A program made the position numbers and the translations under genes. From Candidatus Nanopelagicales bacterium (GTDB lineage: Bacteria > Actinomycetota > Actinomycetes > S36-B12 > UBA5976), in contig JBDNJO010000002.1 in assembly GCA_041687715.1 (NCBI GenBank), positions 1 to 54,393 on the forward strand: 54,393 nt of DNA. The letters are read 5' to 3'. The notes under the pieces are model-generated. The model searched no databases. It saw nothing but the letters and a program-made list of their open reading frames with translations, and was not told the origin of the DNA. Shown here one piece after another: positions 37,984 through 47,746 of the stretch. Every line of letters begins with the position of its first letter. Within the stretch, counting starts at the first letter, position 1.

Positions 37984-38937
37984 TTACCAGAGTTTTCGCG
38001 CTTTAAGGTAAGCAGGAATTGCTACGCGCAATCTGCGACCTAAGGAAACACTGGCTCTTCGATCGAAAACTTCATAATTGATGTCTACCACTGCTTCAAC
38101 AATGCCACAGTATAAAATTCGGGCAGTTTCAATACAAGGCTGTGACTTGGCGCCAAGCATAGAGATTCCAATTCGAGATGACTCCTCAAGACGCCGAACT
38201 CGTTGGATTTGAAATTTCAAGGCTTCTTTAATTTGTGGCGTTGCGATGCGCTTTTCTAAGTCAGCGCGCGTCACACCAAACTGCGCCAGTTCATCAAGTG
38301 GCAGATAAATTCGGCCGCGATCCAAATCCTCGCCTACATCTCTAATGAAATTTGCTAACTGAAACGCAACACCTAATTCAGTTGCGCGAGCATAGGCCAA
38401 TTGATCTGTCGGTTCCAGGATAGGCACCATCTGGAGCCCAATTACGGCAGCGGATCCATACACGTACTCGTAAAGATCTTCGTATGTTTGGTATTGCGTG
38501 ATGGTTAAATCCATTGTCATTGAATGTAAGAATGCTTCGAAATGTTCGCGTGGGATTTTCCAACGGCGCACGGTGTCTAAAACGGCAATGCAAACAGGAT
38601 CAGTGGTTTCACCACTATCAAAAATCTCTAAAAAGTTCTTCCCCCAACTTTCCAGTTGGGCGGCTTTTTCCTCATCCGTAAGAGTTGACGCCAAGTCATC
38701 AACAATTTCATCTGCATATCTAGCAAAGCCATATAGCGCGTGGACGTACGGCCGCTTCTCTGGAGGAAGCAGCAGCGTTGCTAGGTAATAAGTTTTTCCG
38801 TGCTTAGCATTAAGTTGTCGACATAATTCGTAGGACTCCCGAAGCGCAGGATCAAAAATTTGAGCGGCATCGAGATCTCGGTTAGACACATTGGTAACTT
38901 TAATCAATGTTGAGCGGGGTGGGTTACAGCAACCCAC
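37984..38937 (-). CDS. crtB: Phytoene synthase
   Basis: Squalene/phytoene synthase motifs YGFARYADEIVDD and RDVGEDLDRGRIYLP; GTG start. Confidence 0.92.
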   Translation of the reverse strand: MGCCNPPRSTLIKVTNVSNRDLDAAQIFDPALRESYELCRQLNAKHGKTYYLATLLLPPEKRPYVHALYGFARYADEIVDDLASTLTDEEKAAQLESWGKNFLEIFDSGETTDPVCIAVLDTVRRWKIPREHFEAFLHSMTMDLTITQYQTYEDLYEYVYGSAAVIGLQMVPILEPTDQLAYARATELGVAFQLANFIRDVGEDLDRGRIYLPLDELAQFGVTRADLEKRIATPQIKEALKFQIQRVRRLEESSRIGISMLGAKSQPCIETARILYCGIVEAVVDINYEVFDRRASVSLGRRLRVAIPAYLKARKLW

Positions 38938-38994
38938 ATTTTTTGCAGATTATAGGATCTACTCGAATAACGCGTATGGTTTCTTCTGCGTGCT

Positions 38995-39465
38995 GTGCGC
39001 ACATATATGGATCGGAAACGCGTGGTTGCTCCAAACCCAGGGTTACTTGCTGCAATGTTAAAAGCGCAGCGCCTAACTGGTGTTTTGCGCTGGAAAGTTA
39101 ATTTCACCGAAGCGGTCATTGCAGCTGAAGCTGGACTAGCAGGCTGGGATTTCATTTGGGTTGATTCAAGCGGGGCAGTCTCCGAACAAGATTTCATTGA
39201 CCTTGTTGCCCAACAGTTACTACGCCCAGATTTGGTTGGCTGTGACATTTCAGCCATCGTCGAGGAATTGTTAAGGCGGCCGGCTGCTACTACGAATTTA
39301 TGTATTGCCTGGACTGGCTGGCAAGAACTTATTAAAGCGGATTCAAGTGCTGCCCAGCGAATCGCTGATCAACTAGATGAGGCAGGCAGCGAACAAGCTA
39401 ACGTGGTCTTGGTTTGTGATTCAACTGGAAACTTCCCAGGCATCTCCGAGTTAACACAGGGCTAA
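38995..39465 (+). CDS. Hypothetical protein with a barstar-like C-terminal domain
   Basis: VDSSGAVSEQDFIDLVAQQLLRPDLVGCDISAIVEELL...NLCIAWTGWQEL aligns position by position, by eye, with barstar [37 protein letters not shown]...PLVLEWRQFEQ. The start is uncertain (GTG 38995, ATG 39007 or ATG 39055). Confidence 0.5.
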   Translation: MRTYMDRKRVVAPNPGLLAAMLKAQRLTGVLRWKVNFTEAVIAAEAGLAGWDFIWVDSSGAVSEQDFIDLVAQQLLRPDLVGCDISAIVEELLRRPAATTNLCIAWTGWQELIKADSSAAQRIADQLDEAGSEQANVVLVCDSTGNFPGISELTQG

Positions 39466-39472
39466 AACAGGG

Positions 39473-41023
39473 CTAAGTTAGTTCCATCGTCTTGGCGGCA
39501 GCCAATGAGCTTGCATTGCTTGGTAACAAATCTTTCTCGTCGCTATCACCAAGTATTAACGAGCGCTCGGCTTTTGAGGCAAGCATGGCTAAACCAAGCG
39601 TTAAGCCAGCGAGCAACATGGCAATGCCATCGCTTAAGTCCAGAAAAGTATCAGCAGTAGCGCTCGAATTAGCAATTCCATGAATGGTAAATGCTGCAAT
39701 CAAAACCACCATGATGCGAACTTGCTTATGGGTTAATCCAGTAGCCGCAAGTAGTGGAATAGACCATAGTAAGTACCAAGGCTGTACAACTGGTCCAAGT
39801 ACAACAAGTGCCACAAGTGAAAGTCCGATTGCACGCGTACCACTGCGCCCTGCTGGGCGTAAAACCAGCAAAACTAATACGCCCGCCAAGATCACTGATC
39901 CGATGAGCCGCAAAATCTGAACGCTAGTTTCGACGTAGTTTCCAAAACCAAAAAATTTGATGACTTCACCAACCAGCATTCCAATTGCGGTTGTTGGTGA
40001 AAGCCAGCTTTTAACTGCGCCTGGTGTGGACAATGAATTTAGCCAACCAAACGGACCAGTTCCTGACAGCGCCGAAACTGCGAGCAACGTCAAGAGCGAG
40101 ACAAGCCCAGTTAACAATGCGAACCTAGTTCGACGAATCCATGTTGAATTGGCGCCAGCGGCCATGAGGGCTAGGAACGCAAGCATAACGATAGCAACTG
40201 GTTTGATAGCCAGGGCTATCGTTCCCAGTGCAACGGCTATCACGAAGCGTTCTCTTAGTGCGAAGCGAAGTGCTAGAAAAATTACGCCAACCATAAGTGC
40301 ATCGTTGTGTGCGCCAGCAACAAAATGCATAACCACAAGTGGATTCATAACGCCAAGCCAGACTGCAGTGATTGGGTTTATTCCATGCGCTCGAGCTAAC
40401 CCAGGAAGACTAAAGCAAATAAAGATAACGCCCAATACCGCTAGGGCTCTGAATAAGTACGCCGCTACGAGCGCGGAATCTCCACTTATAAATGCAGTCC
40501 ATTTTTCAAGCAACAAAAAAACCGGACCGTAAGGAGTTGGCGCGTCACCCCAAAGTGGATCAACGCCACTTTGAAACCAACCAGGAACTACGGAAACACC
40601 AGATTCATATGGGTTGTTTCCGCTCAGTTGCATCTGCCCTTGCATGTAATAGGAATAAACATCGCGACTAAAAAGTGGCGGCGCAAATAAGAGCGGCAGG
40701 CACCAAGCAGCAAAGGAAAAATAAATAGTTTCCAGTCGTGAAATCTTTTCATGCAATGCATCGATTCCAACTACTAACCAAGCCTGGAGTAAAAGCGCTG
40801 CGCCAACAACAACAAAGGAACGAGTCAAAGCCAAGCCCAGAGTTTGAGTTTGTACGAAATCAATTAATTGCCATTGCAGAATGTGAGCGGATAACGGAAA
40901 CCAACCCACGCCAAGTGCGCCAGCACTCATAAATAGTGAACCAAGTAAACCTGGCAGCGCATATTGACCAAACCAACCTGGGTCAGCGCGCAACCTTCGC
41001 TTACTGGATTGGGCTATCGGCAT
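39473..41023 (-). CDS. mptA: GT-C polyprenol-phosphate-mannose-dependent alpha-(1->6) mannosyltransferase (MptA/MptB-like)
   Basis: 516 aa polytopic protein with the FSRDVYSYYMQG...NPY motif. It lies next to the polyprenyl synthase, like mptA-idsA2 in mycobacteria (from memory). Confidence 0.72.
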   Translation of the reverse strand: MPIAQSSKRRLRADPGWFGQYALPGLLGSLFMSAGALGVGWFPLSAHILQWQLIDFVQTQTLGLALTRSFVVVGAALLLQAWLVVGIDALHEKISRLETIYFSFAAWCLPLLFAPPLFSRDVYSYYMQGQMQLSGNNPYESGVSVVPGWFQSGVDPLWGDAPTPYGPVFLLLEKWTAFISGDSALVAAYLFRALAVLGVIFICFSLPGLARAHGINPITAVWLGVMNPLVVMHFVAGAHNDALMVGVIFLALRFALRERFVIAVALGTIALAIKPVAIVMLAFLALMAAGANSTWIRRTRFALLTGLVSLLTLLAVSALSGTGPFGWLNSLSTPGAVKSWLSPTTAIGMLVGEVIKFFGFGNYVETSVQILRLIGSVILAGVLVLLVLRPAGRSGTRAIGLSLVALVVLGPVVQPWYLLWSIPLLAATGLTHKQVRIMVVLIAAFTIHGIANSSATADTFLDLSDGIAMLLAGLTLGLAMLASKAERSLILGDSDEKDLLPSNASSLAAAKTMELT

Positions 41024-41075
41024 ACTCCAGACTACGGCTAATGCCTAAATTCAAGAACTTGCGCAAGGCAAGTAG

Positions 41076-42608
41076 TTAGCGCCTGGCTCGTGATGAATAT
41101 GTTTTATCCAAGCCAGTAATTCGCTCGGCTGCTAACCGGCCCGAAACCAAAACCATTGGTACCCCAACTCCTGGTTGGGTACCAGAACCCGTGAAGACAA
41201 CATTTTCGCCGAACATATTGCCTGATCGGAACGGACCAGTTTGCAGGAACGAATGTGCAGCAGCGAATGGCGCACCACGCTCCATGCCACGATCTGACCA
41301 ATCTTGCGGTGTCGTCAAGTGCTCTAACTCAATGCCCGCGCCAAAGCCTGTGTAACCACGAGCCTCTAAAGTTTCTACGACGTGATCTCGATATGCTGGG
41401 CCAATTTTCTTCCAGTCAATATCTGCATCAAGGTTTGGGGTGGGGAATAAGACGTAGTAAATCTCTTTTCCGGCTGGAGCCAAACCTGGATCACTTCGTG
41501 TTGGATTGGTGACTAAAACACTTGGGTCAGTCATCAAAACTTTTTGATCAATTAGCTCATCAAATACCCCAGACCAGCTGTGCCCAAAGTGAATGTTGTG
41601 ATGGGCAACATGGTCATACCTAGCAGATGAGCCAGCAAGCATTAAGTAGCACGAAGGTGAGTAATTGAGGCGCTTGACGCTCCAAGGTTCCTTACCCAAT
41701 AGATCGCGGTAAGCAACTGGTAAGTCAGGATTAAGTACTACAACATCGGCTGGAATAAATTCGCCAGTGCTTGTTTCCACACCAGTAGCACGGTTACCAA
41801 CCATTTTCACTTTTGTAACTTCAGTGCTGTACTTAAATTTCACACCATGTTTTGCGGCCGCACTGGCCATGGCAACTGGAAGTGCATGCATGCCACCCTT
41901 TGGCGCAAAAACACCAGCAACAGAGTCCATGTAGGCAATTACTGCATAAATTGCTAGCGCGTCATACGGAGAAAGTCCGGCGTACATGGACTGAAATGAA
42001 AACACTCTCTGGGTTCGATCGTCTTTTAAGTACTGATTAACTTTTGGAGCAAGTTTACGGAAGCCACCGAGCTTGATGAGGCGAACTAAGTCCATGGAAA
42101 GCAAATCAAGTGGTGAATCAATGTTGCGATCAATAAAATTTTTCATTTCGTACTTGTAAAGATCAGTTACGAAATCAACGTACTTTAAGTAACCAGCAGC
42201 TTCTGATGCGCCAATTACTCGTTCGATTTCAGCTGCCATCGCTGCAGTGTCTGAGTGAACATCTAAAACGCTGCCATCTTGGTAAAACGCCCGATACAGC
42301 GGCGCCACTGGTTCCAGCGTTAACCAGTCGCTCATGTTTTCACCTAAGCAATCAAAAGCATCAGCGATGAGATCGGGCATCGTCAAGACAGTTGGACCAG
42401 TATCAAATTCAAAGCCTTGATCGCTGATTCGTCCTGCCCGGCCACCAGGAATTGCTTCGCGTTCAACTACAGTCACATTGCGTCCCGCGCCAGCAAGCCG
42501 CATTGCAGCGGAGAGTCCAGCAAGGCCAGCGCCAACTATAACTACATCGTCGGTCTTACCACTTACAGTTCTTGGGGCACCCGGAAGCCATCTGGTTAAG
42601 TTACTCAT
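41076..42608 (-). CDS. crtI: Phytoene desaturase
   Basis: 510 aa with the N-terminal VVIVGAGLAGLSAA FAD fold and the CrtI-family C-terminal FTGSGTQPGVGVPMV. Confidence 0.92.
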   Translation of the reverse strand: MSNLTRWLPGAPRTVSGKTDDVVIVGAGLAGLSAAMRLAGAGRNVTVVEREAIPGGRAGRISDQGFEFDTGPTVLTMPDLIADAFDCLGENMSDWLTLEPVAPLYRAFYQDGSVLDVHSDTAAMAAEIERVIGASEAAGYLKYVDFVTDLYKYEMKNFIDRNIDSPLDLLSMDLVRLIKLGGFRKLAPKVNQYLKDDRTQRVFSFQSMYAGLSPYDALAIYAVIAYMDSVAGVFAPKGGMHALPVAMASAAAKHGVKFKYSTEVTKVKMVGNRATGVETSTGEFIPADVVVLNPDLPVAYRDLLGKEPWSVKRLNYSPSCYLMLAGSSARYDHVAHHNIHFGHSWSGVFDELIDQKVLMTDPSVLVTNPTRSDPGLAPAGKEIYYVLFPTPNLDADIDWKKIGPAYRDHVVETLEARGYTGFGAGIELEHLTTPQDWSDRGMERGAPFAAAHSFLQTGPFRSGNMFGENVVFTGSGTQPGVGVPMVLVSGRLAAERITGLDKTYSSRARR

Positions 42609-42611
42609 GTG

Positions 42612-43679
42612 TTATGCCGTTCTCTTGGTTGCCAAAATAGCAAGTGCGGTTAATGCAGTTTTTGATTCTGTGTCGAATGCTAGATTTTCTAATGACTCAA
42701 GCGAAGAATCAAGACACTTGGAAATTCGTTGCTCGATGAAATCTTTCGCGCCACAGGAAGTCAAAATTTCTTGTAGTTGTTCAATTTCCGTTGGGTTAAT
42801 GCTGTTAGTACCTAAGTGTTTTGCAAGCACAGCACATTGATCAGCAGTTGCATTTGAATATGCAAATGCGATGAGCATTGTTTGCTTTCCTTCGCGCAAG
42901 TCATCGCCAGCAGGTTTACCAGTAACACTTGGCTCACCAAACACCCCAAGCATGTCGTCACGCAACTGGAAAGCTTCTCCCAGTGCCAGGCCGTAGCTAC
43001 TCAGTGAAGTCATTAACTCGATATCGGCATCAGCAATTGCGGCGCCCATATGTAATGGTCGTTCGATTGTGTACTTGGCACTCTTGTAACGAATAACCGT
43101 CTCAGCGCGTTCTTGCGTTATCTGTCCGCGCACTTGTTCTAAGAGATCCAAATACTGTCCGCTCATCAATTCAGTTCGCATAATGTCGTAGACGGCTTTA
43201 GCTCGGTGAGTCTGCGCAGAATCTAGGCCACTTGTTAACAACATTTCATCTGCCCAAGAGAGAGCTAAATCGCCGACGAGAATCGCAGCTCCCTCGCCAA
43301 ACAGTGCGCCTGAACCTAGCCAGTTATTTTGAGCATGGAGTGTTTCAAATTGCTTGTGAACCGAAGGGTTTCCACGTCGAGTGTCACTAGCGTCCATAAC
43401 GTCATCGTGAATTAAGGCACAGGCCTGTAAAAACTCAAGGCTTGCGCAAGCGCGCAGGATTTCCTCTGAATCTGCGCCACCGGCTGCGCGGTATCCCCAA
43501 TATGCAAACGCTGGACGAAGACGTTTGCCGCCTGCAAGTAAGCCAACGAGCGAATCCACGAGGGTAAGGGTGTCGGGCGAAACCGAAGTCATCAATGCGC
43601 GATTCTGCGAAATAAAATCATCCAAAGCGCCTTGAACGCGTACCCGAAGGTTGTTGCTGTCTAGGGTGTTTTGCTCCAC
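42612..43679 (-). CDS. crtE: Polyprenyl (geranylgeranyl) diphosphate synthase
   Basis: Asp-rich motifs LIHDDVMD and FQLRDDMLG; 355 aa. Confidence 0.9.
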   Translation of the reverse strand: MEQNTLDSNNLRVRVQGALDDFISQNRALMTSVSPDTLTLVDSLVGLLAGGKRLRPAFAYWGYRAAGGADSEEILRACASLEFLQACALIHDDVMDASDTRRGNPSVHKQFETLHAQNNWLGSGALFGEGAAILVGDLALSWADEMLLTSGLDSAQTHRAKAVYDIMRTELMSGQYLDLLEQVRGQITQERAETVIRYKSAKYTIERPLHMGAAIADADIELMTSLSSYGLALGEAFQLRDDMLGVFGEPSVTGKPAGDDLREGKQTMLIAFAYSNATADQCAVLAKHLGTNSINPTEIEQLQEILTSCGAKDFIEQRISKCLDSSLESLENLAFDTESKTALTALAILATKRTA

Positions 43680-43740
43680 TAGTTCAGGTTATTGGCTGGG
43701 TGCATTTTGCGCACTTTTGGTGTGGCAGGACAATAGCCAT

Positions 43741-44379
43741 ATGAAATTTCCAGAGTACTCAGAGAAATGGTCTGGGCTCCATGGCGGCGCAGCGCCAACT
43801 GGATTAGTCAAGATCTGGCTTCGATTGGCATTTGCCATGTCTACGCCACTCGTTCGCCTAAATCCGAACCTAATTACAGGTAGCGCACTGCTATTTATGG
43901 GTGGCGCAATTGGATGGGTTGCTGGGCCAGAGCCAAAGTACTTGATTGCAGCGCTGCTCGTGCTTTTGGTTGGATTGATAGACAGTTTCGATGGAATTGT
44001 GGCATTGCGAAGTTCGCGCGTGACAAGTTGGGGCGCTTACCTAGATTCAATAGTTGACCGATTTATTGATGTTGGCATCGGTTTGTTATTTCTTGTTTTG
44101 GGTGCACCATTAGAACTTGTGCTGGCAACAGTATCGATTGCGTTAGTTCATGAATATATGCGTGCTCGCGCGGGTGGAGTGGGACACCATGAAGTGGGCG
44201 TAGTCACAGTTGCCGAAAAGCCAACTCGTATCGCACTTGGCGTAATGTTCTTAGTCGCGTGCGCAGTTCGGCCACAAGATTCCCAGCAGCTTGCAGATAT
44301 TGCAGTCATAACATGGTTGGTTCTTGGCGTAATTGGGTTTACGCATTTGATGCGAACTTATAGATCCATAATTAAATAA
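43741..44379 (+). CDS. CDP-alcohol phosphatidyltransferase family protein, short and atypical
   Basis: 212 aa from ATG 43741, polytopic. The motif DSFDGIVALRSSRVTSWGAYLDSIVD fits D-x2-DG-x2-A-[R->L]-x8-G-x3-D-x3-D. The ORF-track start 43651 overlaps crtE. Confidence 0.78.
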   Translation: MKFPEYSEKWSGLHGGAAPTGLVKIWLRLAFAMSTPLVRLNPNLITGSALLFMGGAIGWVAGPEPKYLIAALLVLLVGLIDSFDGIVALRSSRVTSWGAYLDSIVDRFIDVGIGLLFLVLGAPLELVLATVSIALVHEYMRARAGGVGHHEVGVVTVAEKPTRIALGVMFLVACAVRPQDSQQLADIAVITWLVLGVIGFTHLMRTYRSIIK

Positions 44380-44383
44380 CGTA

Positions 44384-45880
44384 CTAAGCGCGACCAATTC
44401 GACGAGCGACGATTTCAGCTGACATACCTACAAGTGGCAGACCGCCGCCAGGATGAGCGGAGCCACCCACTAAGTAAAGATTTGGAATTTTTGTCGAGTT
44501 CTCTGGGCGCAAAAATGCTGAGCGCATGCCGTTGCTGGAAGTTCCATAAATTGAACCACCAGGCGCCAAAGTATTTCGCTCCAAGTCTGCTGGCGAAATT
44601 ACTTCTTGCCATTTCACTCGAGCATCCACTGGTACGCCGCGAGAGGCAAGTGTTTTCTGAACTGAACTTGCGTAACTTTGAGCTAGTCCATCAGCGGACC
44701 AATCCATTCCATTGTTTTTGTCATGACGCGGTGCATTGACCAATACATACCAAGACTCTGAACCAGCAGGAGACATTTTGGGATCCTTTGGGTTGCAAAT
44801 GTAGATAGTTGGGTCTGGAACTGGACATGCAGGCTTACCAATACCAAATACCGAATCAAATTCATCGTCATAGTTGCTAGGGAAAAATACATTGTGGTGT
44901 TCAAAATCTGGAGTCACGCCATCCATAGCAAGCAGGATTACAAAACCAGAAAGTGAAGGAGTCGCTTTCTGCAATGATTTTGTGGCTGATTTTGTTTTAA
45001 CTAAGGCCTCACCGGTAAGTAACGAGCCATAGACATTACTGGCGTCTGCGTTGGCTACAACAATGTCAGCAGTTATAAACCGCCCACCTGCAACTGTCAC
45101 GCCATTAATTACTGGGTTAGCAGAGATGTTTTCTACTGTGCAGGAAAATTCAAACTTCACCCCGAGCGCGCAAGCACGTTCGTAAAGAGCTCGCCCAAGC
45201 TCGCGCAGCCCGCCCGCTACGTGATAAGCACCGAACATCTGCTCAACGTAGGGGACAGTTGCTAATGCCGCGGGTGCTTGGCGCGGATCCGAGCCGGTAT
45301 AGGTTGCATATCTGTCCACTAACGTTAAAAGTCGTGGATCAGAAATATATTCCTGCGCTAGGTCCCGCAAAGTTTTAGTTGGTGCTATTGTTCGCAAATC
45401 ACCTAACCGCCATGACATTGAAATCAAACTTGAGAGTCCGTGAAGTTCAGATTCTAGAAATGGCCGGCGGGTAACTGACCACATTTTTGCGGCGCGCTTC
45501 ATGAATGCCCGCCATTGCTCGGCACTTGTGCCGCCGAGTGTGTCGCCGATTGCTTCAGCGCACTTACCTACTCCAACTCCAGGCATCTTCAAAACGGTGC
45601 CATCACTGAATTGGTATCTAAATGCCGTGTCAAGATCAACAATCTCGATACTGTCTTCCAGAGCGGCGCCAGTTTTTAGAAATAAGTCCCGGTAAACCGC
45701 GGGCAATGTCAGCAGGCTCGGACCAGTATCAAACAAGTGACCGTCGTGGCTAACAATTCCTAACTTGCCACCCCAAGTCGAACTGTGTTCAAGAATGGTG
45801 ACTTGATGGCCTTTGCTGGCTAATCTGGCGGCGCACGCCATCCCACCCATGCCAGCACCAATTACAACTACGTTAGCCAC
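44384..45880 (-). CDS. crtD: CrtI-family FAD-dependent carotenoid desaturase, probably CrtD-like (hydroxycarotenoid 3,4-desaturase)
   Basis: 498 aa with VVVIGAGMGGMACAA and a C-terminal YLVGGSAHPGGGLPLV. It is a second CrtI paralog, sitting in the tailoring gene string. Confidence 0.65.
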   Translation of the reverse strand: MANVVVIGAGMGGMACAARLASKGHQVTILEHSSTWGGKLGIVSHDGHLFDTGPSLLTLPAVYRDLFLKTGAALEDSIEIVDLDTAFRYQFSDGTVLKMPGVGVGKCAEAIGDTLGGTSAEQWRAFMKRAAKMWSVTRRPFLESELHGLSSLISMSWRLGDLRTIAPTKTLRDLAQEYISDPRLLTLVDRYATYTGSDPRQAPAALATVPYVEQMFGAYHVAGGLRELGRALYERACALGVKFEFSCTVENISANPVINGVTVAGGRFITADIVVANADASNVYGSLLTGEALVKTKSATKSLQKATPSLSGFVILLAMDGVTPDFEHHNVFFPSNYDDEFDSVFGIGKPACPVPDPTIYICNPKDPKMSPAGSESWYVLVNAPRHDKNNGMDWSADGLAQSYASSVQKTLASRGVPVDARVKWQEVISPADLERNTLAPGGSIYGTSSNGMRSAFLRPENSTKIPNLYLVGGSAHPGGGLPLVGMSAEIVARRIGRA

Positions 45881-45884
45881 GGTC

Positions 45885-46988
45885 TTACTTTAAGTCCCTT
45901 GCTTTCCAAGTGTTAACTCCACGCAGATGTCGCGACCAAGAGACAATGTTCAGCCACAAAAAAACGATTAGTGATAACGGATGCAAGAGTGCTTCTGGGA
46001 AAACACGACTGCGAGTCGCTCGAGCAGTTATTACTCGCCCGGATGTGCCCGCAAATAATCCGAGGACCGCGAGCCAAGGCTGATTTATGAAGAATCCATA
46101 AAGTGGAAACACGTAGACAAACATAAAAAACGTATTTATTGCTAATGAACCTAAAATTCCACCAAAGGCAGTCCATAAACTCTTCGAATACCCAGCAATT
46201 AGTTGTTTATCAGTTCGATACATCTGGCAGGTTGCATGCGCCGAACCATCTATGACGCAACCCTTGAAACCCTTTTTATAAAAAGCGCGGAGCAATTCAA
46301 TATCATCAAGTACTTGATCCTTAATTACTTCATGGCCGCCACTAGCTGCATAGGCTGTTGCGCTGCAAACTAGAAATTGACCATTTGCTACAGCGAGGCT
46401 GCCGCGATTAGTTTGCCTCGCTAGACCGAGTGGAACCGTCGTTAACCAGGACCACTGCAAGAGTGGCTGCACTAGCTTGGCAAGGTAAGAACTGGTGAGC
46501 TGCTTTGGATATGGACTAACTAAATCCAAGGTATTTTTCTCCATGGCACAAATAGCGCTGGCTACGGCCAGTGGTTCTAAAACAACATCGCTATCAATAA
46601 ACACGAAATAATCAGCCGTCACACTTTCTGTCAATCGATGGCAAGCCCAATTCTTACCAAGCCAGTTACTGGGTAAATCCGCGTCCCCAGAAATCACCTG
46701 AAGCTTGGAATCCGTTATTGCAGTTACTTTTGCAAGCGTTGAGTCATTGGAAGCATCGTCTAGTACGACTACAACAAATGATTGAAGTGATTGCTGCGCT
46801 AACGCGCTTCTAACCGCTGCTTCAATTGTGAGCTCTTCATTTCTTGCTGGGATCAAGATTGCGACTCGATGCGAAATCAATTTTGGGGTTGGTCGAATCA
46901 GGCAAAATTGATTATAGAAAGTGTGAGCAGTTAACAGCAGTGAAATTATGACTGCAATAAGAATTAGCGTCGTCGCCATGTCAGCCAA
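45885..46988 (-). CDS. Family 2 glycosyltransferase, candidate carotenoid glycosyltransferase (CruC/CruG/CrtX-like role)
   Basis: ILIPARNEE, VLDDASNDS and FIDSDV (DXD), plus C-terminal TM helices. It lies between the cruF-like and crtD-like genes. Confidence 0.75.
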   Translation of the reverse strand: MADMATTLILIAVIISLLLTAHTFYNQFCLIRPTPKLISHRVAILIPARNEELTIEAAVRSALAQQSLQSFVVVVLDDASNDSTLAKVTAITDSKLQVISGDADLPSNWLGKNWACHRLTESVTADYFVFIDSDVVLEPLAVASAICAMEKNTLDLVSPYPKQLTSSYLAKLVQPLLQWSWLTTVPLGLARQTNRGSLAVANGQFLVCSATAYAASGGHEVIKDQVLDDIELLRAFYKKGFKGCVIDGSAHATCQMYRTDKQLIAGYSKSLWTAFGGILGSLAINTFFMFVYVFPLYGFFINQPWLAVLGLFAGTSGRVITARATRSRVFPEALLHPLSLIVFLWLNIVSWSRHLRGVNTWKARDLK

Positions 46989-47746
46989 GCCCAGGGGAGA
47001 AGTAGGACTCCCATTCCGATAAAGCCAGACCAGGCAACTTTTGGTTCACCAAGAAAAGGTGAAATCGTTACTATGTTCACTAAAAAGCTGCCCAACCATA
47101 TCCACATCATTAGCGCGTAGGGAACGAGGTTGCTAACTTGCGATTTTGGGGTGCCAACAAATATTGAGATTAGGGTGAAGATAATCACGGCAGTGATAAA
47201 CCAGCCAACGAAATTGGAAATTGGAATTTCTTGACTGGGTACACCCGCAACAAACCAGGTCCAATACCCTTCGTTAACCATCTGTGGATCCAGATACAAA
47301 TCCCAAGTTGCCATGAGGAGTGCACTCATAAGGATTGCAGGCACCTTAGCTTTAACTAGATCGCCGACAACTAACCAAGCTGGATAAAGCATCATGAACC
47401 AAGCAAACGGAATTAGTAGCGGCACTTGAAGCACCGTTGGTCCGAGGCGTTCTAAATTATATTCGTAGGTGCCAAAAGGGATTCCCGTTTTAACGCCAAT
47501 AATTTCAATGACTATGGTGGCAATTAACGCAATCGAAATGAACTTAATTAATCGCGCCTTACCTAAAGCGCTGTAGGCATGCAGCCCAGATGCGATGGAA
47601 AACGCGAGTACGCCAGTTATGGTTAGCGCATCGCGTGTTGGTCCAGAAAAAATTGCCCACAATATATTTGCAAGCACTGTAATGACTGCTGCAATACCAG
47701 CTAGCACAAGTGTTGGATTGCGCTTGGGTTTAATTAATGAACTCAT
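46964..47746 (-). CDS. cruF: Carotenoid biosynthesis membrane protein (DUF422/Caroten_synth family; CruF-like 1',2'-hydratase)
   Basis: 260 aa polytopic protein with GIPFGTYEY, TWDLYLDPQMVNEGYWTW and ISNFVGWF motifs, as I recall for this family. Confidence 0.7.
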   Translation of the reverse strand: MSSLIKPKRNPTLVLAGIAAVITVLANILWAIFSGPTRDALTITGVLAFSIASGLHAYSALGKARLIKFISIALIATIVIEIIGVKTGIPFGTYEYNLERLGPTVLQVPLLIPFAWFMMLYPAWLVVGDLVKAKVPAILMSALLMATWDLYLDPQMVNEGYWTWFVAGVPSQEIPISNFVGWFITAVIIFTLISIFVGTPKSQVSNLVPYALMMWIWLGSFLVNIVTISPFLGEPKVAWSGFIGMGVLLLPWAWLTWRRR

